64,000 nt of DNA from an uncultured Verrucomicrobiota bacterium (lineage in GTDB: Bacteria; Verrucomicrobiota; Verrucomicrobiia; Limisphaerales; UBA9464): assembly GCA_903854475.1 (NCBI GenBank), contig CAINWP010000076.1:58112-122111 (forward strand), written 5' to 3'. Made by a program: the position numbers and the translations under genes. The number at the start of each line of letters is the position of its first letter. Positions within the stretch are counted from its first letter, which is position 1. Below, piece after piece: positions 1-10,109 of the stretch. Below the pieces are notes generated by a model. That model was not told where the DNA came from, made no database searches, and saw only the letters and a program-made list of their open reading frames with translations.

Positions 1-379
1 GATCACCATACCGCGTCAGGCGATTCTCGACGTGCTCCGCAAACATTCGTCCCCGCTGACGATCAAGGAAATCCACACATCGCTCGGAAAACTGGACTGC
101 GATCTGGCGACCATCTACCGGAACATGCACACCCTCGAAAGAATGGGGTTGGTGAGGCGTTACGATTTTGGCGACGGAGCCGCCCGCTTCGAATTATCAC
201 CCGAGGAAGGCGATGGGCATCACCATCATTTAGTATGCACCCGCTGCGCGCGCATCGTCGAGCTCGACGACTGCTTCCTAAATGAATTTCAGGATCAGTT
301 GGCCCGCCGGCATGGATTCACCCAAATTTCCCATCGAATGGAATTCTTTGGGCTCTGCCCCAACTGCCAAGTGCCTTGA
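1..379 (+). CDS. Fur family metal-responsive transcriptional regulator (5' end outside window)
   Basis: Frame 2 is open from the window edge (ITIPRQAILDVLRKHSSPLTIKEIH is the winged-helix part of Fur proteins). C-terminal metal-site motifs HHHHLVCTRC...CPNC are present. The track start at 32 is an internal GTG. Confidence 0.85.
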   Translation, partial: ITIPRQAILDVLRKHSSPLTIKEIHTSLGKLDCDLATIYRNMHTLERMGLVRRYDFGDGAARFELSPEEGDGHHHHLVCTRCARIVELDDCFLNEFQDQLARRHGFTQISHRMEFFGLCPNCQVP

Positions 380-448
380 GCATGGCAGCGGCGATGTCAT
401 GCTGCGGAGAGTCGGATGCTTCTCCTATAATCTTCAGCCAGGCTTCCC

Positions 449-1405
449 ATGAATCGGACATCCGCCCCCAATTCACCACCCAACCCGGCTTGGATCTTGG
501 GTGGATACCTCGCTACGGTGTTTGTCGGTGGAGCCCTGCTAGCTCCTTGGCTTTGGATGTTGGTCCAGCACGTGGGCCCTCACTCTTCATTAGCCGCGCA
601 ACCGTTTCGCCGGTATGTCGACCGGAGTCTTCTTGGGGTCGCCTTACTCGGGCTATGGCCCATGGCTAAAAGTGGCCTGTTTCCGGGTTGGCACTCCGTC
701 GGCATGGTCTGGGGACAATCCGCCCGGCGTGACCTGTTGATTGGCTTGGCTGGCGGAATGCTGTCGCTGGCAGTCGTGGCGCTCCTCTCTCTCGGGTTCG
801 GCGTCCGCACCTGGGATTCGGGTCATTCCTGGAGCTTGCTACTTGCTCATGCAATTCGTGCGCTCGGCGCGGCCATCGCCGTTTCGTTTATGGAGGAACT
901 GCTGTTCCGTGGGATGGTCTTTGGATCGCTTCGCCGCCAATTTTCTTTTGCCGCCGCCGCTCTGAGCAGCGCGGCTCTCTATGCTCTAGTCCATTTTTTC
1001 CACCGGCCTGAAGCCCCCCTTTCAGTCAGTCCTTGGACCGGCTTAGAAATGCTGGGCCGCATGCTTTCGGGTCTGAGCCAACCCTCGCAGATGTTCCCCG
1101 GAATTCTCACCCTTGGGGCGATCGGCTGGTTACTGGCCTGGTGCCGCGAGCGGACCGGTGCGCTGTGGCTCCCGTTGGGTTTGCACGCCGGATGGATCTT
1201 CTGGTTCAAATCCTACACGTTCTTCACGGCACCGCTGACCCACCAAGGCACGCAATCGTGGTGGTGGGGCTCGGGCCGCCTGCACGATGGCTGGCTAACC
1301 TTTGCGGTGATCGCCGTTACCAGCGCTTTTTTTATGGGTGTCCTTGGACGCCGCGAGAGCCCAGCCAACCCTGCCACTCCTACCCCTCTGGGCAATGCTC
1401 CTTGA
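449..1405 (+). CDS. CPBP family intramembrane glutamic endopeptidase (CAAX protease/Abi-like)
   Basis: Polytopic hydrophobic protein with the family motifs EELLFRG, ...ALVHFF and LHAGWIF. Confidence 0.8.
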   Translation: MNRTSAPNSPPNPAWILGGYLATVFVGGALLAPWLWMLVQHVGPHSSLAAQPFRRYVDRSLLGVALLGLWPMAKSGLFPGWHSVGMVWGQSARRDLLIGLAGGMLSLAVVALLSLGFGVRTWDSGHSWSLLLAHAIRALGAAIAVSFMEELLFRGMVFGSLRRQFSFAAAALSSAALYALVHFFHRPEAPLSVSPWTGLEMLGRMLSGLSQPSQMFPGILTLGAIGWLLAWCRERTGALWLPLGLHAGWIFWFKSYTFFTAPLTHQGTQSWWWGSGRLHDGWLTFAVIAVTSAFFMGVLGRRESPANPATPTPLGNAP

Positions 1406-2204
1406 ACGCCCCATCAGCGGTCCTATTCACAGGCCTGTCGGCGGGCTCGGACTAGGCGATTGGCCCGAGTTAATTCTCGGGCTGGTTTATCCCCCGGTTT
1501 GTGCTGTCTGCCACCAACATCGGGCCGATCGCGATCAGGGTTATGTCTGCGCTACGTGCCAAGGCGGTGTCCGCCGAATCACCGAGCCCTGCTGCCAACG
1601 CTGTGGAATACCTTTCTCCGGGAAGATCATCGGCTCTCAAACCTGTATCGCCTGCCGAAGAGATTCCTGGGCCTGGGATGAAGCCAGAGCCGCCGCCATC
1701 GCCGAGGGCATCACTCTGGAATGCATCCACCGGCTCAAGTACCAAAAAGAACCCTGGTTCGGGACCTTCCTGTCGGGGCTGCTCATGGAGGCCGCATTGC
1801 CCCGATTAATCGGCCATCCCTGGCAAGGAGTGGTGCCGGTACCACTGCACCGCGTGAAACACCGTGAGCGCGAATTCAATCAGGCCGAGCGACTGGCCGC
1901 GCCCCTGGCTCACGCATTGGGCGTGCCCTTGGAGACAAATCGGGTTCAACGCCGTGAAGCCACTTTGAGCCAAACTTCCCTGAGTCGAGAGGATCGGATT
2001 CGCAACATGAGGACCGCGTTCGAACCGGCTCGCTCCCCTCGAATCCACGGATCATGGATCCTCGTGGACGACGTCCTCACCACCGGAGCAACCACCGATG
2101 GAGTGGCGGCCGTTTTGAAAAATCTAGGCGCCGAACGCGTGGTCGTTTGGGCCGTCGCTCGGGCCATCTTGGAAATCGACCAGCTGCCCACCCGTCAGGG
2201 CTGA
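1395..2204 (+). CDS. comF: ComF family protein (phosphoribosyltransferase domain with N-terminal double zinc ribbon)
   Basis: CAVCHQ...CATC...CQRCG...CIAC zinc-ribbon cysteines and the PRTase motif ILVDDVLTTGATT. The start is ambiguous (track start 1338; ATG at 1395 gives a smaller overlap with the upstream gene). Confidence 0.8.
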   Translation: MLLERPISGPIHRPVGGLGLGDWPELILGLVYPPVCAVCHQHRADRDQGYVCATCQGGVRRITEPCCQRCGIPFSGKIIGSQTCIACRRDSWAWDEARAAAIAEGITLECIHRLKYQKEPWFGTFLSGLLMEAALPRLIGHPWQGVVPVPLHRVKHREREFNQAERLAAPLAHALGVPLETNRVQRREATLSQTSLSREDRIRNMRTAFEPARSPRIHGSWILVDDVLTTGATTDGVAAVLKNLGAERVVVWAVARAILEIDQLPTRQG

Positions 2205-2572
2205 ATCTTCGCGTTCAACACCTCGACGACATCCGTCTTCGACGGCCAAGGAAAATCATCCTCCAGAAAGGCAAACAGGTGGCTCACCCAGCCCTGGTCA
2301 TCGAGGTGGAGTGTGAAGGCCGCTCTTGAAGGGCATCCTTTAATCTGGGCAAAGGTATGGCCTCCAAAAATGGCACCTCGAGTTCCTGGAAATGAACCGT
2401 CCTGGGCGCGAAGTCGGATCAACAGCGCGGTTCCCAAACGTTCACGTCCCAAGACCGTCACGCCGGCCAACTGAGTAGCCAGCGCAGCATCGGGCTCCGC
2501 TAATAACAAATGGCGCAGCACGGCGTTCTCCCACGGTTTGAGAGCGACGACTCCGAGGTCTGGGGTTTCCAT
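2195..2572 (-). CDS. hypothetical protein (125 aa), immediately downstream of cysS
   Basis: ATG at 2572 lies 10 nt after the cysS stop. The longer track ORF (to 2773) would overlap cysS by about 190 nt. No motif recognised. Confidence 0.4.
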   Translation of the reverse strand: METPDLGVVALKPWENAVLRHLLLAEPDAALATQLAGVTVLGRERLGTALLIRLRAQDGSFPGTRGAIFGGHTFAQIKGCPSRAAFTLHLDDQGWVSHLFAFLEDDFPWPSKTDVVEVLNAKIQP

Positions 2573-2582
2573 CACCGGTCTA

Positions 2583-4007
2583 TTAGAGACGTTTGAGCTT
2601 CGACCCAGTCTTGGAATCCTCGACAGTCCAACCCAAGGCCTTGAGTTCATTGCGCACGGTATCGGCCAGCGTAAAGTTTCGAGCCACTTTGGCGGCGTTG
2701 CGCTTCTCCAACAACGCCACCGCAGCCGCGGGGACTTCCTCTGCTGGACGCCCACCCAACCCCATGACTCCATCGACCCGCAACCAAGACTGAAGTCGTG
2801 CCGCTGCGGCGCTCGGGCTCAGCGACCCGGAGGCCAAGGCCGCATTGGTTTCCCGGACCCAGTCGAAGATCACCGCCCATGCTTTCGAAACATTGAGGTC
2901 GTCATCTAGGGCCTCAGTGAATGAGATCTCCAACGCGGACGGCGGCGTGGAGGTCTCGTGGACCTCCGACCCGGCCCGTTCGGTCAACTGAGCGACGGTG
3001 GCATCCAATCGAGCCAATGCCGATCGAGTGGCCTCGAGGCCTTCCCGGGTGAAATTGAATGTCTCGCGATAATGGGCGCTGATGAGAAGGAAACGGATTT
3101 CTCGACCCTGGAATCCCTGTCCCAACAAATCTCGCACTGTGAAGAAGTTACCTAGTGACTTGCTCATCTTCTTGCCGTCTACCAGCAAATGGGCCGCGTG
3201 CACCCAATGCTTCACGAACGGTCGACCCGGCTGCTGGAGCCCGGTTCCTTCACTCTGGGCGATCTCGTCTTCGTGATGAGGGAACGCCAAATCTTCGCCT
3301 CCGAGGTGAAGATCAAAGCTAGGTCCGAGAATGGCCATGCTCATGGCTGAACACTCGATGTGCCAACCGGGGCGACCTTCGCCCCAAGGACTGTCCCAGA
3401 AGACAACCCCATCGCCCGGAACCCGGGCCTTCCACAGTGCGAAATCGGCCAGATCGTCCTTGTCGTAGGAGTCGCCCGAGACGCGTTCGGTGCGCCGCTG
3501 CGCCTCCGGATCCAGCGTCACCAACTGTCCATAGCAACAACCGCAGGCCCGGTACTTGTTGATACTAAAGTACACCGAACCATCCCCCGCCCGGTAGGCG
3601 ATGCCTCGCTGCTCCAACCGTTGGATAAGATCGACAATCTGAGGGATGTAGTCCGTTGCCTTGGGCAAAAAATGCGGTTTGAGGCAAGAAAGGGTGGCCA
3701 AATCCGCGAGAAAGGCCTCGGTGTACTGGCCAGTGAACTCAGCCAGCGACTGTCCCGTGACCGCCACTTGGCGGATAATCTTGTCCTCCACGTCGGTGAT
3801 ATTCATCACGTGGTTGATGCGAAATCCCCGAAATTCGAGGTAGCGCCGCAGGAGATCTGCAAAGACGAAGGTCCGAAAGTTTCCGATGTGACCGAAGTCG
3901 TACACCGTAGGCCCGCAGCAGTAGAATCCGACGGATTCGGCGTCAGGGAACAGTGGGGTGAATTCTTCCACCCGACGGTGGAGCGAGTTAAACAAGCGCA
4001 GGGCCAT
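2583..4007 (-). CDS. cysS: cysteine--tRNA ligase
   Basis: Class I aaRS motifs HIGNFRTF (HIGH-type) and KMSKSLGN, with full-length similarity to CysRS. Start trimmed to MALRLFNSL (ATG at 4007). Confidence 0.95.
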   Translation of the reverse strand: MALRLFNSLHRRVEEFTPLFPDAESVGFYCCGPTVYDFGHIGNFRTFVFADLLRRYLEFRGFRINHVMNITDVEDKIIRQVAVTGQSLAEFTGQYTEAFLADLATLSCLKPHFLPKATDYIPQIVDLIQRLEQRGIAYRAGDGSVYFSINKYRACGCCYGQLVTLDPEAQRRTERVSGDSYDKDDLADFALWKARVPGDGVVFWDSPWGEGRPGWHIECSAMSMAILGPSFDLHLGGEDLAFPHHEDEIAQSEGTGLQQPGRPFVKHWVHAAHLLVDGKKMSKSLGNFFTVRDLLGQGFQGREIRFLLISAHYRETFNFTREGLEATRSALARLDATVAQLTERAGSEVHETSTPPSALEISFTEALDDDLNVSKAWAVIFDWVRETNAALASGSLSPSAAAARLQSWLRVDGVMGLGGRPAEEVPAAAVALLEKRNAAKVARNFTLADTVRNELKALGWTVEDSKTGSKLKRL

Positions 4008-4183
4008 GCGATGAATTGGGAGCCTACCCCGCCGGCGCAAAATAGAAAGGCATCGTGAGGCTGGGGATTCGACCCCGAAAAGAGTTCGGGGAGTTCTACT
4101 CGGACGATCCAACACCCCTTTGGCAGGGACTCTTGTCGGTCCGCCCCTCGCGGCCTACCCTCACACCTCACAGATTTACGGAC

Positions 4184-5155
4184 ATGCCTCGGACTCCCAA
4201 GACAAACCCGCCCCGCTTCGAAGGCGAGGTTGCTGCTTGGGCTGCCATCGGTGCGGGTTGGCGGCAACTCTTCGGTAGTTTCGGAAGCCTGGGTTTCAGC
4301 TTGGAATGGCATGATTTCAAAGCTTCCGATCCGATCGACTGGGCCCGCAGCTTCCATCCCGGGAGCGTCGAACTCTGCCTGAATCTCTCGGGCCAGGGTT
4401 CAGTCAGCTGTGGCAGCAAGACCGCCCAATTTCGAAACCAGTCCGCCGGTTTCTATCGCCAAGGCCAAGACCCACTCTCTGCTCTCCGCTCCCCGGGACA
4501 AACCCACCAGTTCATCACGGTGGAGTTTCGCCCCGATTTCCTGAGCCTAGAACTCGGTGAGAGCCGGGAGTTTCTTCACCCACTAATTCAGACATCGCTG
4601 GATGCCCAACCGGCCGTTTCGGGCGTTTCAGAACCCGAACCCCTCTCCTCCCGTCAACGCGACCTGGTCATGGCCTTGCGCCAACCTCCAGTCTTGGCCG
4701 GAGCCCAACGGCTTTGGTACGGGGCCAAGGTCCGGGAGTTGATGAGCGAGTTCTTCTTCGCTCCTCCTTCGGATTCCGAACTATTCTGTCATCGCCAACA
4801 ACGGGTTGCCCGTGACCGTGTGGAGACCGTCGTTGAAGCCCTCAAGAAAGACCTCACCCACCCTCCGTCGCTGGACATCATCGCCCGGGAGGCCGCATGC
4901 AGTCCCTTCTACCTAAGCCGGACTTTTTCCAAAGAGATGGGACAAACCATTCCCCAGTACTTGCGACAGCTGCGGATGGAAAAGGCAGCCACCTTGTTGC
5001 GATCTGGCTCGTTTAACGTGACGGAGGCGGCGGTGGAGGTGGGCTATTCTAGCCTTAGCCATTTCAGCGCCGCGTTTCATCAAACTTTCGGCTGCTGTCC
5101 GGGGCTCTACCCGATGGCCACACCGACCCAACGGGTCACCACCCGTGAAAGTTGA
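4184..5155 (+). CDS. AraC family transcriptional regulator
   Basis: C-terminal double HTH typical of AraC/XylS (PSLDIIAREAACSPFYLSRTFSKEMG...YSSLSHFSAAFHQTFGCCPGLY). Start set at ATG 4184. Confidence 0.85.
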   Translation: MPRTPKTNPPRFEGEVAAWAAIGAGWRQLFGSFGSLGFSLEWHDFKASDPIDWARSFHPGSVELCLNLSGQGSVSCGSKTAQFRNQSAGFYRQGQDPLSALRSPGQTHQFITVEFRPDFLSLELGESREFLHPLIQTSLDAQPAVSGVSEPEPLSSRQRDLVMALRQPPVLAGAQRLWYGAKVRELMSEFFFAPPSDSELFCHRQQRVARDRVETVVEALKKDLTHPPSLDIIAREAACSPFYLSRTFSKEMGQTIPQYLRQLRMEKAATLLRSGSFNVTEAAVEVGYSSLSHFSAAFHQTFGCCPGLYPMATPTQRVTTRES

Positions 5156-6340
5156 TTGTCGCCGGGGAGCGAACCCGCCGGTAAGGTCATCGGCACCGTG
5201 GCCTCCCAACCCACCAGCGTCCGGTTACTTCAGAATCTCATCGCGCTGCCCAGCGTGAACCCTGCCTTTTTCAGCGATCCCGAGCTCCATGGAGAACATC
5301 GGGTAGCGGAATTCCTCGCATCGGCCGCCCGTCAACACGGCCTAGAGGTGGAATTACAACCCGTGGTCCCGGGACGGTCCAACCTCCTTGTCCGACTGAC
5401 TCCGAGGGGCCAAGTCCGCCAACGAGTCCTGTTAGCGCCACACCTCGACACGGTCGGTGAGCCCGCCTACGCGCTGCAGCTCAAGCCCGTCGTCCGCGAT
5501 GGGCGCGTCTATGGGCGCGGCGCGTGCGACACCAAAGGGTCCGTCTGCGCCTTCTTCCAATCCCTGCTCAACGTGACTGCCACGGGCGCACGGCCCGCGC
5601 ATACCGAGATCCTCTTTGTCGGCCTCATCGACGAAGAAAACATGCAATTGGGCTCCCGATACTTTGCCAGCCACGGGCCGAAGAGCGATTTGGCGATCGT
5701 CGGCGAACCCACAGGCTTGGAGATCGTGACCGCCCACAAAGGCGATGTCTGGCTGCGCCTGCGCACCATCGGGCGTTCAGCCCATGGGGCCACACCGCAG
5801 CTCGGCCGCAACGCCGTGACTGCCATGTCGCGGATCGTTTTGGCTCTCGAGACCGAGTACGCGGCCGAACTGGCTGCGCGCCCTGCCCATCCTCGCCTTG
5901 GTCGGCCCACGATCAATGTCGGCCGGATCGACGGAGGCCGCCAACCCAACATCGTGCCCGCCGAGTGCATCATCGACATCGATCGACGCACTCTCCCCGG
6001 CGAAACCGAAACCGGGGTTCGCCGCGAAATCCGCGCCCTCTTGCGGCGGCACGGACTCAACGCCTCCTTCGACACCCTCCGGACCAGTCCCTGCGAACCG
6101 CTGGAGACCGATCCAGACCTTCCGCTCGTCCAAGCGTTAACCCGCGCCGCCGGACGCCGGAGGACCCGAGGTGTTCATTACTTTACCGATGCGGCGCCGC
6201 TGGCCGCGGGAGGGATTCCCTCGGTGGTGTTCGGTCCGGGTGACATCGCTCAGGCCCACACGGAGCGGGAGTGGCTGGCCATCTCCCAGTTGGAAAAATC
6301 GATCCTTATCCTCGAGCGGTTCCTTCGCGGCCTGGACTGA
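5156..6340 (+). CDS. M20 family metallopeptidase (ArgE/DapE-like deacylase)
   Basis: Motifs LLAPHLDTVG, GRGACDTKGS, IDEE and a C-terminal GPGDIAQAHTEREW. The start is either TTG 5156 or GTG 5198. Confidence 0.8.
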   Translation: MSPGSEPAGKVIGTVASQPTSVRLLQNLIALPSVNPAFFSDPELHGEHRVAEFLASAARQHGLEVELQPVVPGRSNLLVRLTPRGQVRQRVLLAPHLDTVGEPAYALQLKPVVRDGRVYGRGACDTKGSVCAFFQSLLNVTATGARPAHTEILFVGLIDEENMQLGSRYFASHGPKSDLAIVGEPTGLEIVTAHKGDVWLRLRTIGRSAHGATPQLGRNAVTAMSRIVLALETEYAAELAARPAHPRLGRPTINVGRIDGGRQPNIVPAECIIDIDRRTLPGETETGVRREIRALLRRHGLNASFDTLRTSPCEPLETDPDLPLVQALTRAAGRRRTRGVHYFTDAAPLAAGGIPSVVFGPGDIAQAHTEREWLAISQLEKSILILERFLRGLD

Positions 6341-6369
6341 ACGCCCGCGACAGCCCCTCTCCCCTTACG

Positions 6370-7626
6370 ATGCGCCTGGCCTTCCTCACCCACGAACCGT
6401 ATTTCCCGCCCAGCGGCGGAGGCTCCGCCGAGGCTATTTACCTGATCCGCGAATTGGTGCGCCGAAACCATGAGATCCATTTATTTTGTCCCGTCTTCCC
6501 CGATTGGGAGTCCATTGGTTCCTCTCATGGAATTCTCATCCATCCGTTCACCCGATGGCCGATGGGTCGCTACACGCCCTACCGCAATCTCAAGTACCTG
6601 CTCTACCCTCTCGCCCTGGCCCAACACGCCGACCAAACTCTGAAGTCCCTGCGCCGATCGACGGTCCCGGAGTTTCGATTCGACGTCCTCCTCTCGCAGC
6701 ACACGATTTCCGCCGTGGCCGCTGGCCTGCTAAGAAGCCGGTGGAAAGTGCCCATCATCCTCAACTTTCTGGATTACCTGACGGGCTTCATGGAGACCTG
6801 GCCCGCCGTCTTTACGCGATCGGGTTTAGTTCCCTGGCTCAACCGCTACGAGCGCTCGTTGCCCCGGCGCTTCAATGCCGAAGGCGTGATGACCGTGTCG
6901 GCTCCCTTGGCCGAGCGATTCCAAGCCACCGGTTATCCGGCGGACCGGATCCGAGTCATCCAGTACGGCTACGATGCGAGTCTCTTTCGACCGCTTCCCG
7001 AGACCGCAGCCGATCCGTCCGATTCCAATACACCGGTCGTGGTCATGCACGGGTCCTTCGACACGCATCACCTCGGCCCCATTGCTCGGAACGCCTTGTT
7101 GCACCTACACGCTCGCCGGCCGGATCTCCGGTTCCGATTCCTCGGGAAGGAAACTCCTGCGTTGCTGCAATTGGCCCAAGATGTACGCGCGGCCGCTCCG
7201 GGGATCCGGATTGAAATGACCGGCTTCATTCCCTACCACCTAATGGCCGAGGCCCTAGGTGGGGCTTCCGTGGGGATGGTCCCTTATGAAGAATCTCAAG
7301 GGGTGCACTGCGCCTTCGTCGCCAAGGCCGTCGAATACTTGGGCTGCGGGATTCCCTGCGTCAGCACTCCCCTAGAAACTCTGTCCTGCTACTTCGCCGA
7401 CGAACCGGCGATCCGGTTCTCCGGTTGGACGGGCCAATCCTTCGCCGAAAACGTGCTGGCACTGCTCGCCCTTTCAGCCAAGGAACGCCGTGCCCTCGGT
7501 CTCTCGGCGGCCGCCAGAGTCGCCGCCCGGCTCGACTGGAATGTCATCGCCACCCATGCCGCTGACTTCATCGAGCAGCAAGCGGGCCCTCCCAAAAGCA
7601 GTTGCCAAGCGGCCGGTCCGGTTTGA
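6370..7626 (+). CDS. glycosyltransferase family 4 (GT-B fold)
   Basis: N-terminus MRLAFLTHEPYFPPSGGGSAEAIYLIRELVRRNHEIHLF is typical of GT4. The C-terminal half has GT-B nucleotide-sugar-binding-like features. ATG at 6370. Confidence 0.7.
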   Translation: MRLAFLTHEPYFPPSGGGSAEAIYLIRELVRRNHEIHLFCPVFPDWESIGSSHGILIHPFTRWPMGRYTPYRNLKYLLYPLALAQHADQTLKSLRRSTVPEFRFDVLLSQHTISAVAAGLLRSRWKVPIILNFLDYLTGFMETWPAVFTRSGLVPWLNRYERSLPRRFNAEGVMTVSAPLAERFQATGYPADRIRVIQYGYDASLFRPLPETAADPSDSNTPVVVMHGSFDTHHLGPIARNALLHLHARRPDLRFRFLGKETPALLQLAQDVRAAAPGIRIEMTGFIPYHLMAEALGGASVGMVPYEESQGVHCAFVAKAVEYLGCGIPCVSTPLETLSCYFADEPAIRFSGWTGQSFAENVLALLALSAKERRALGLSAAARVAARLDWNVIATHAADFIEQQAGPPKSSCQAAGPV

Positions 7627-7641
7627 GCTTAAAGGCTGTCG

Positions 7642-8559
7642 ATGAGTTCGTGTTCTTCAACGATGGCGGCCCCGATGGCCGCGATCCCATTACTTCCCAG
7701 GCGCCGTTTGCCCGAATGGCTGAAGGTGCAGTTGCCCACTTCGAGTGCCTTCACGGCTACGCGCACGCTGCTCGATGGCTTAGGCCTCCACACGGTGTGC
7801 GAGAGTGCCAAGTGCCCCAATCATTGGGAGTGCTGGAGCAAGGGCACGGCCACCTTCATGATCGCGGGAGATCGTTGCACCCGCGCTTGCGGATTCTGCG
7901 CGGTCTCGACGGCCAAACCACTGGCCTTGGAACACGATGAGCCTCAGCGAGTCGCCGAGGCCACCCGTCGCATGGGACTCAAGCATGTGGTGATCACCGC
8001 CGTGGCTCGGGATGACCTCCAAGACGGCGGGGCCGAACATTTCCGCCGCACCATCGAAGCGGTACGGGATCTGAATCCTGGAATCGTTGTCGAGGTGTTG
8101 ACTCCCGATTTCCTCGATCGTGATGACGCGATCGATTCGGTCCTCGCGGCTCGGCCTGACATCTTCAACCACAACCTCGAGACCATTCGCCGTCTGACTC
8201 CTTCGGTGCGCCATCGTGCCACCTATGAGCGGTCGCTCCGCGTGCTGACCAAAGTCAAAGACCGCCTGGGCTCCAAAGTTCACACCAAATCGGGCATGAT
8301 GCTCGGACTGGGAGAAACGCAGGAAGAAGTGCTGGAAGCCATGCGAGACCTCCGCCACGCCCACTGCGATATTCTCACTCTGGGACAATACCTGCAACCG
8401 ACCCTCAAACACCTGCCGGTGGTGGACTTCATTCCTCCGGCCGTTTTCGACACGCTCCGGCGTGAGGGTGATGCCATGGGATTCACCCATGTAGCCTCGG
8501 GTCCCTTAGTTCGCAGTTCGTATCATGCCGACGAATTCTCTCCGATCCCTCCTGCATGA
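7642..8559 (+). CDS. lipA: lipoyl synthase
   Basis: LipA-specific CPNHWEC cluster plus the radical-SAM CTRACGFCAV motif; full-length match. Confidence 0.95.
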   Translation: MSSCSSTMAAPMAAIPLLPRRRLPEWLKVQLPTSSAFTATRTLLDGLGLHTVCESAKCPNHWECWSKGTATFMIAGDRCTRACGFCAVSTAKPLALEHDEPQRVAEATRRMGLKHVVITAVARDDLQDGGAEHFRRTIEAVRDLNPGIVVEVLTPDFLDRDDAIDSVLAARPDIFNHNLETIRRLTPSVRHRATYERSLRVLTKVKDRLGSKVHTKSGMMLGLGETQEEVLEAMRDLRHAHCDILTLGQYLQPTLKHLPVVDFIPPAVFDTLRREGDAMGFTHVASGPLVRSSYHADEFSPIPPA

Positions 8560-9233
8560 GATTCTGGCGATTTGCCTGGATCTCTCTACTGATCCTTCTG
8601 GTTCCTTTGAACGCGGCTGAATCGGCCTCCACCAACCGCTTTGAGCCGGAGGTTCTAAAATTTGAAGCCCTGGACCGAAGGGTCCCGCCGCCGCCGCGGC
8701 CCATTTTGTTCGTGGGCAGTTCTAGCATCCGATTGTGGACCCATTTGCCGACCTCGATCCACGGGCGGCCTGTTCTCAATCGCGGTTTCGGCGGTTCCCG
8801 TTTCAAGGATCTGCTGCGATTTTTCAACCGTGTGGTGCTGCCCTATGGCCCCTCTGTAGTCGTGGTCTACGAAGGCGATAACGACTTGGCCGACGGTCAA
8901 ACTCCTGCAGAAATCGCTCAAGATCTGGCCGTGTTCTTGGAGCGAGCCGAAACCGAACTCCGGGGAACCTCGATCCTCTTGCTCACGGTGAAGCCGAGCC
9001 CATCACGGGTGCATCTCCTTGAAGTCCAATCGGAGTTCAACCGGCGGCTCAAACTCCTCCCGCAGTCTCATCCGCGTGTGCGCGTCATCGACGTGGCCTC
9101 GCCGTTGCTCGACTCCCAGGGAAAACCCGATCCTCGTTTCTTCGCCGCAGACCAACTCCACCTCAACGCGGAGGGTTACGAGACTTGGCGAAAACCGGTT
9201 TTGGATGCCATTGAACTCAGCTTGAAGCGTTGA
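8556..9233 (+). CDS. SGNH/GDSL hydrolase family protein, secreted
   Basis: Signal peptide. SGNH blocks are present: FVGSSSIRLW (I), GFGGSRF (II), YEGDNDL (III), DQLHLNAEGY (V). ATGA overlap with the lipA stop. Confidence 0.75.
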   Translation: MRFWRFAWISLLILLVPLNAAESASTNRFEPEVLKFEALDRRVPPPPRPILFVGSSSIRLWTHLPTSIHGRPVLNRGFGGSRFKDLLRFFNRVVLPYGPSVVVVYEGDNDLADGQTPAEIAQDLAVFLERAETELRGTSILLLTVKPSPSRVHLLEVQSEFNRRLKLLPQSHPRVRVIDVASPLLDSQGKPDPRFFAADQLHLNAEGYETWRKPVLDAIELSLKR

Positions 9234-10020
9234 ACGAGACCCGGAATGGCGAATCGGCCGCAGCGGCCAACAAACCGCCATCGAGAAACGCCTGATACTC
9301 CGGCGACTCCAATCGATGGGTCTCCGGCTGTGTTCGGAGCAGGTGCCGCAATTCATCCCGATTGCGCGACCATCGGTGCCCATTAAAAAATTCTATGGGC
9401 TCGAACTGAGTCTTATAAAGGGCCTTGTCTGTATAGCAGGTACCCAAGTGCAGGTGACCCAAACCACTTTCCTGAGCCCAAGCCACTGCTTGCGTCATCA
9501 TGGCCATCCCAAGATGGCTTCCCGATGCGGCAAGGTCGTAGAACGCATAATAATAATAGGCCATGCGCGGGGGCTCGAGGTAGAGCAAAGCCACTCCGCA
9601 TTCGGGTCCATCACCACCGCCCTCCCGGAACACCAGTACGTGGGAGATCACCCGACCCGCCAGCAATCGATCTAACCGGGCCGCGGGCATGACACCGGAA
9701 CCGAAGCGAATCTCGGCAAAGGCCAACCAGGCCGCTCGGCGCTCCGGCGTCCAATCAAAGCGATCGCGGGGCACCAACTCGCACTGCAAATTTCCGACCT
9801 TACGCAGCACACGGCGATTTTCGGAAGAGGCTCGCCATTCTCCCAGGGGCACCCGCAATTGGCGCCCCATATAAAAGCGGGATAAATCGGGAGCCGATGG
9901 CAGAAATCCGGCTGCAAACAAATCCGCTGGGCTTTCTGTGGGTTCCGGGAATGCCCAGACCGCATACGGATAAACGTAGCGGCCGGGATCTGCGACCGCC
10001 TCGGAAAATACCAGCTTCAT
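9217..10020 (-). CDS. divergent arginyltransferase (ATE/Bpt)-family protein
   Basis: ATG at 10020 (MKLVFSE). The layout resembles Bpt/ATE_C: AAGFLPS...FYMGRQLRV...SSENRRVLRK, then AYYYYAFYD...HLGM...LHLGTCYTDKALYKTQFEPIEFFNGHRW. It lacks the Cys-rich ATE_N motif. Confidence 0.5.
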   Translation of the reverse strand: MKLVFSEAVADPGRYVYPYAVWAFPEPTESPADLFAAGFLPSAPDLSRFYMGRQLRVPLGEWRASSENRRVLRKVGNLQCELVPRDRFDWTPERRAAWLAFAEIRFGSGVMPAARLDRLLAGRVISHVLVFREGGGDGPECGVALLYLEPPRMAYYYYAFYDLAASGSHLGMAMMTQAVAWAQESGLGHLHLGTCYTDKALYKTQFEPIEFFNGHRWSRNRDELRHLLRTQPETHRLESPEYQAFLDGGLLAAAADSPFRVSFNASS

Positions 10021-10109
10021 TGGAAAAGTGATGAGTCTGGCGCCCGTCAACGATCCAAGACCCCGTCGCCTGAGCGGGAGGGGTCTTGGCTCTACCAACG
10101 GGCACTGCG

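Noticed and set aside
5524-6243. 239-codon Arg/Pro-rich alternative-frame ORF inside the M20 peptidase gene
   Set aside because: It is an out-of-frame overlap with a motif-bearing gene, and its composition is typical of off-frame translation of GC-rich DNA.
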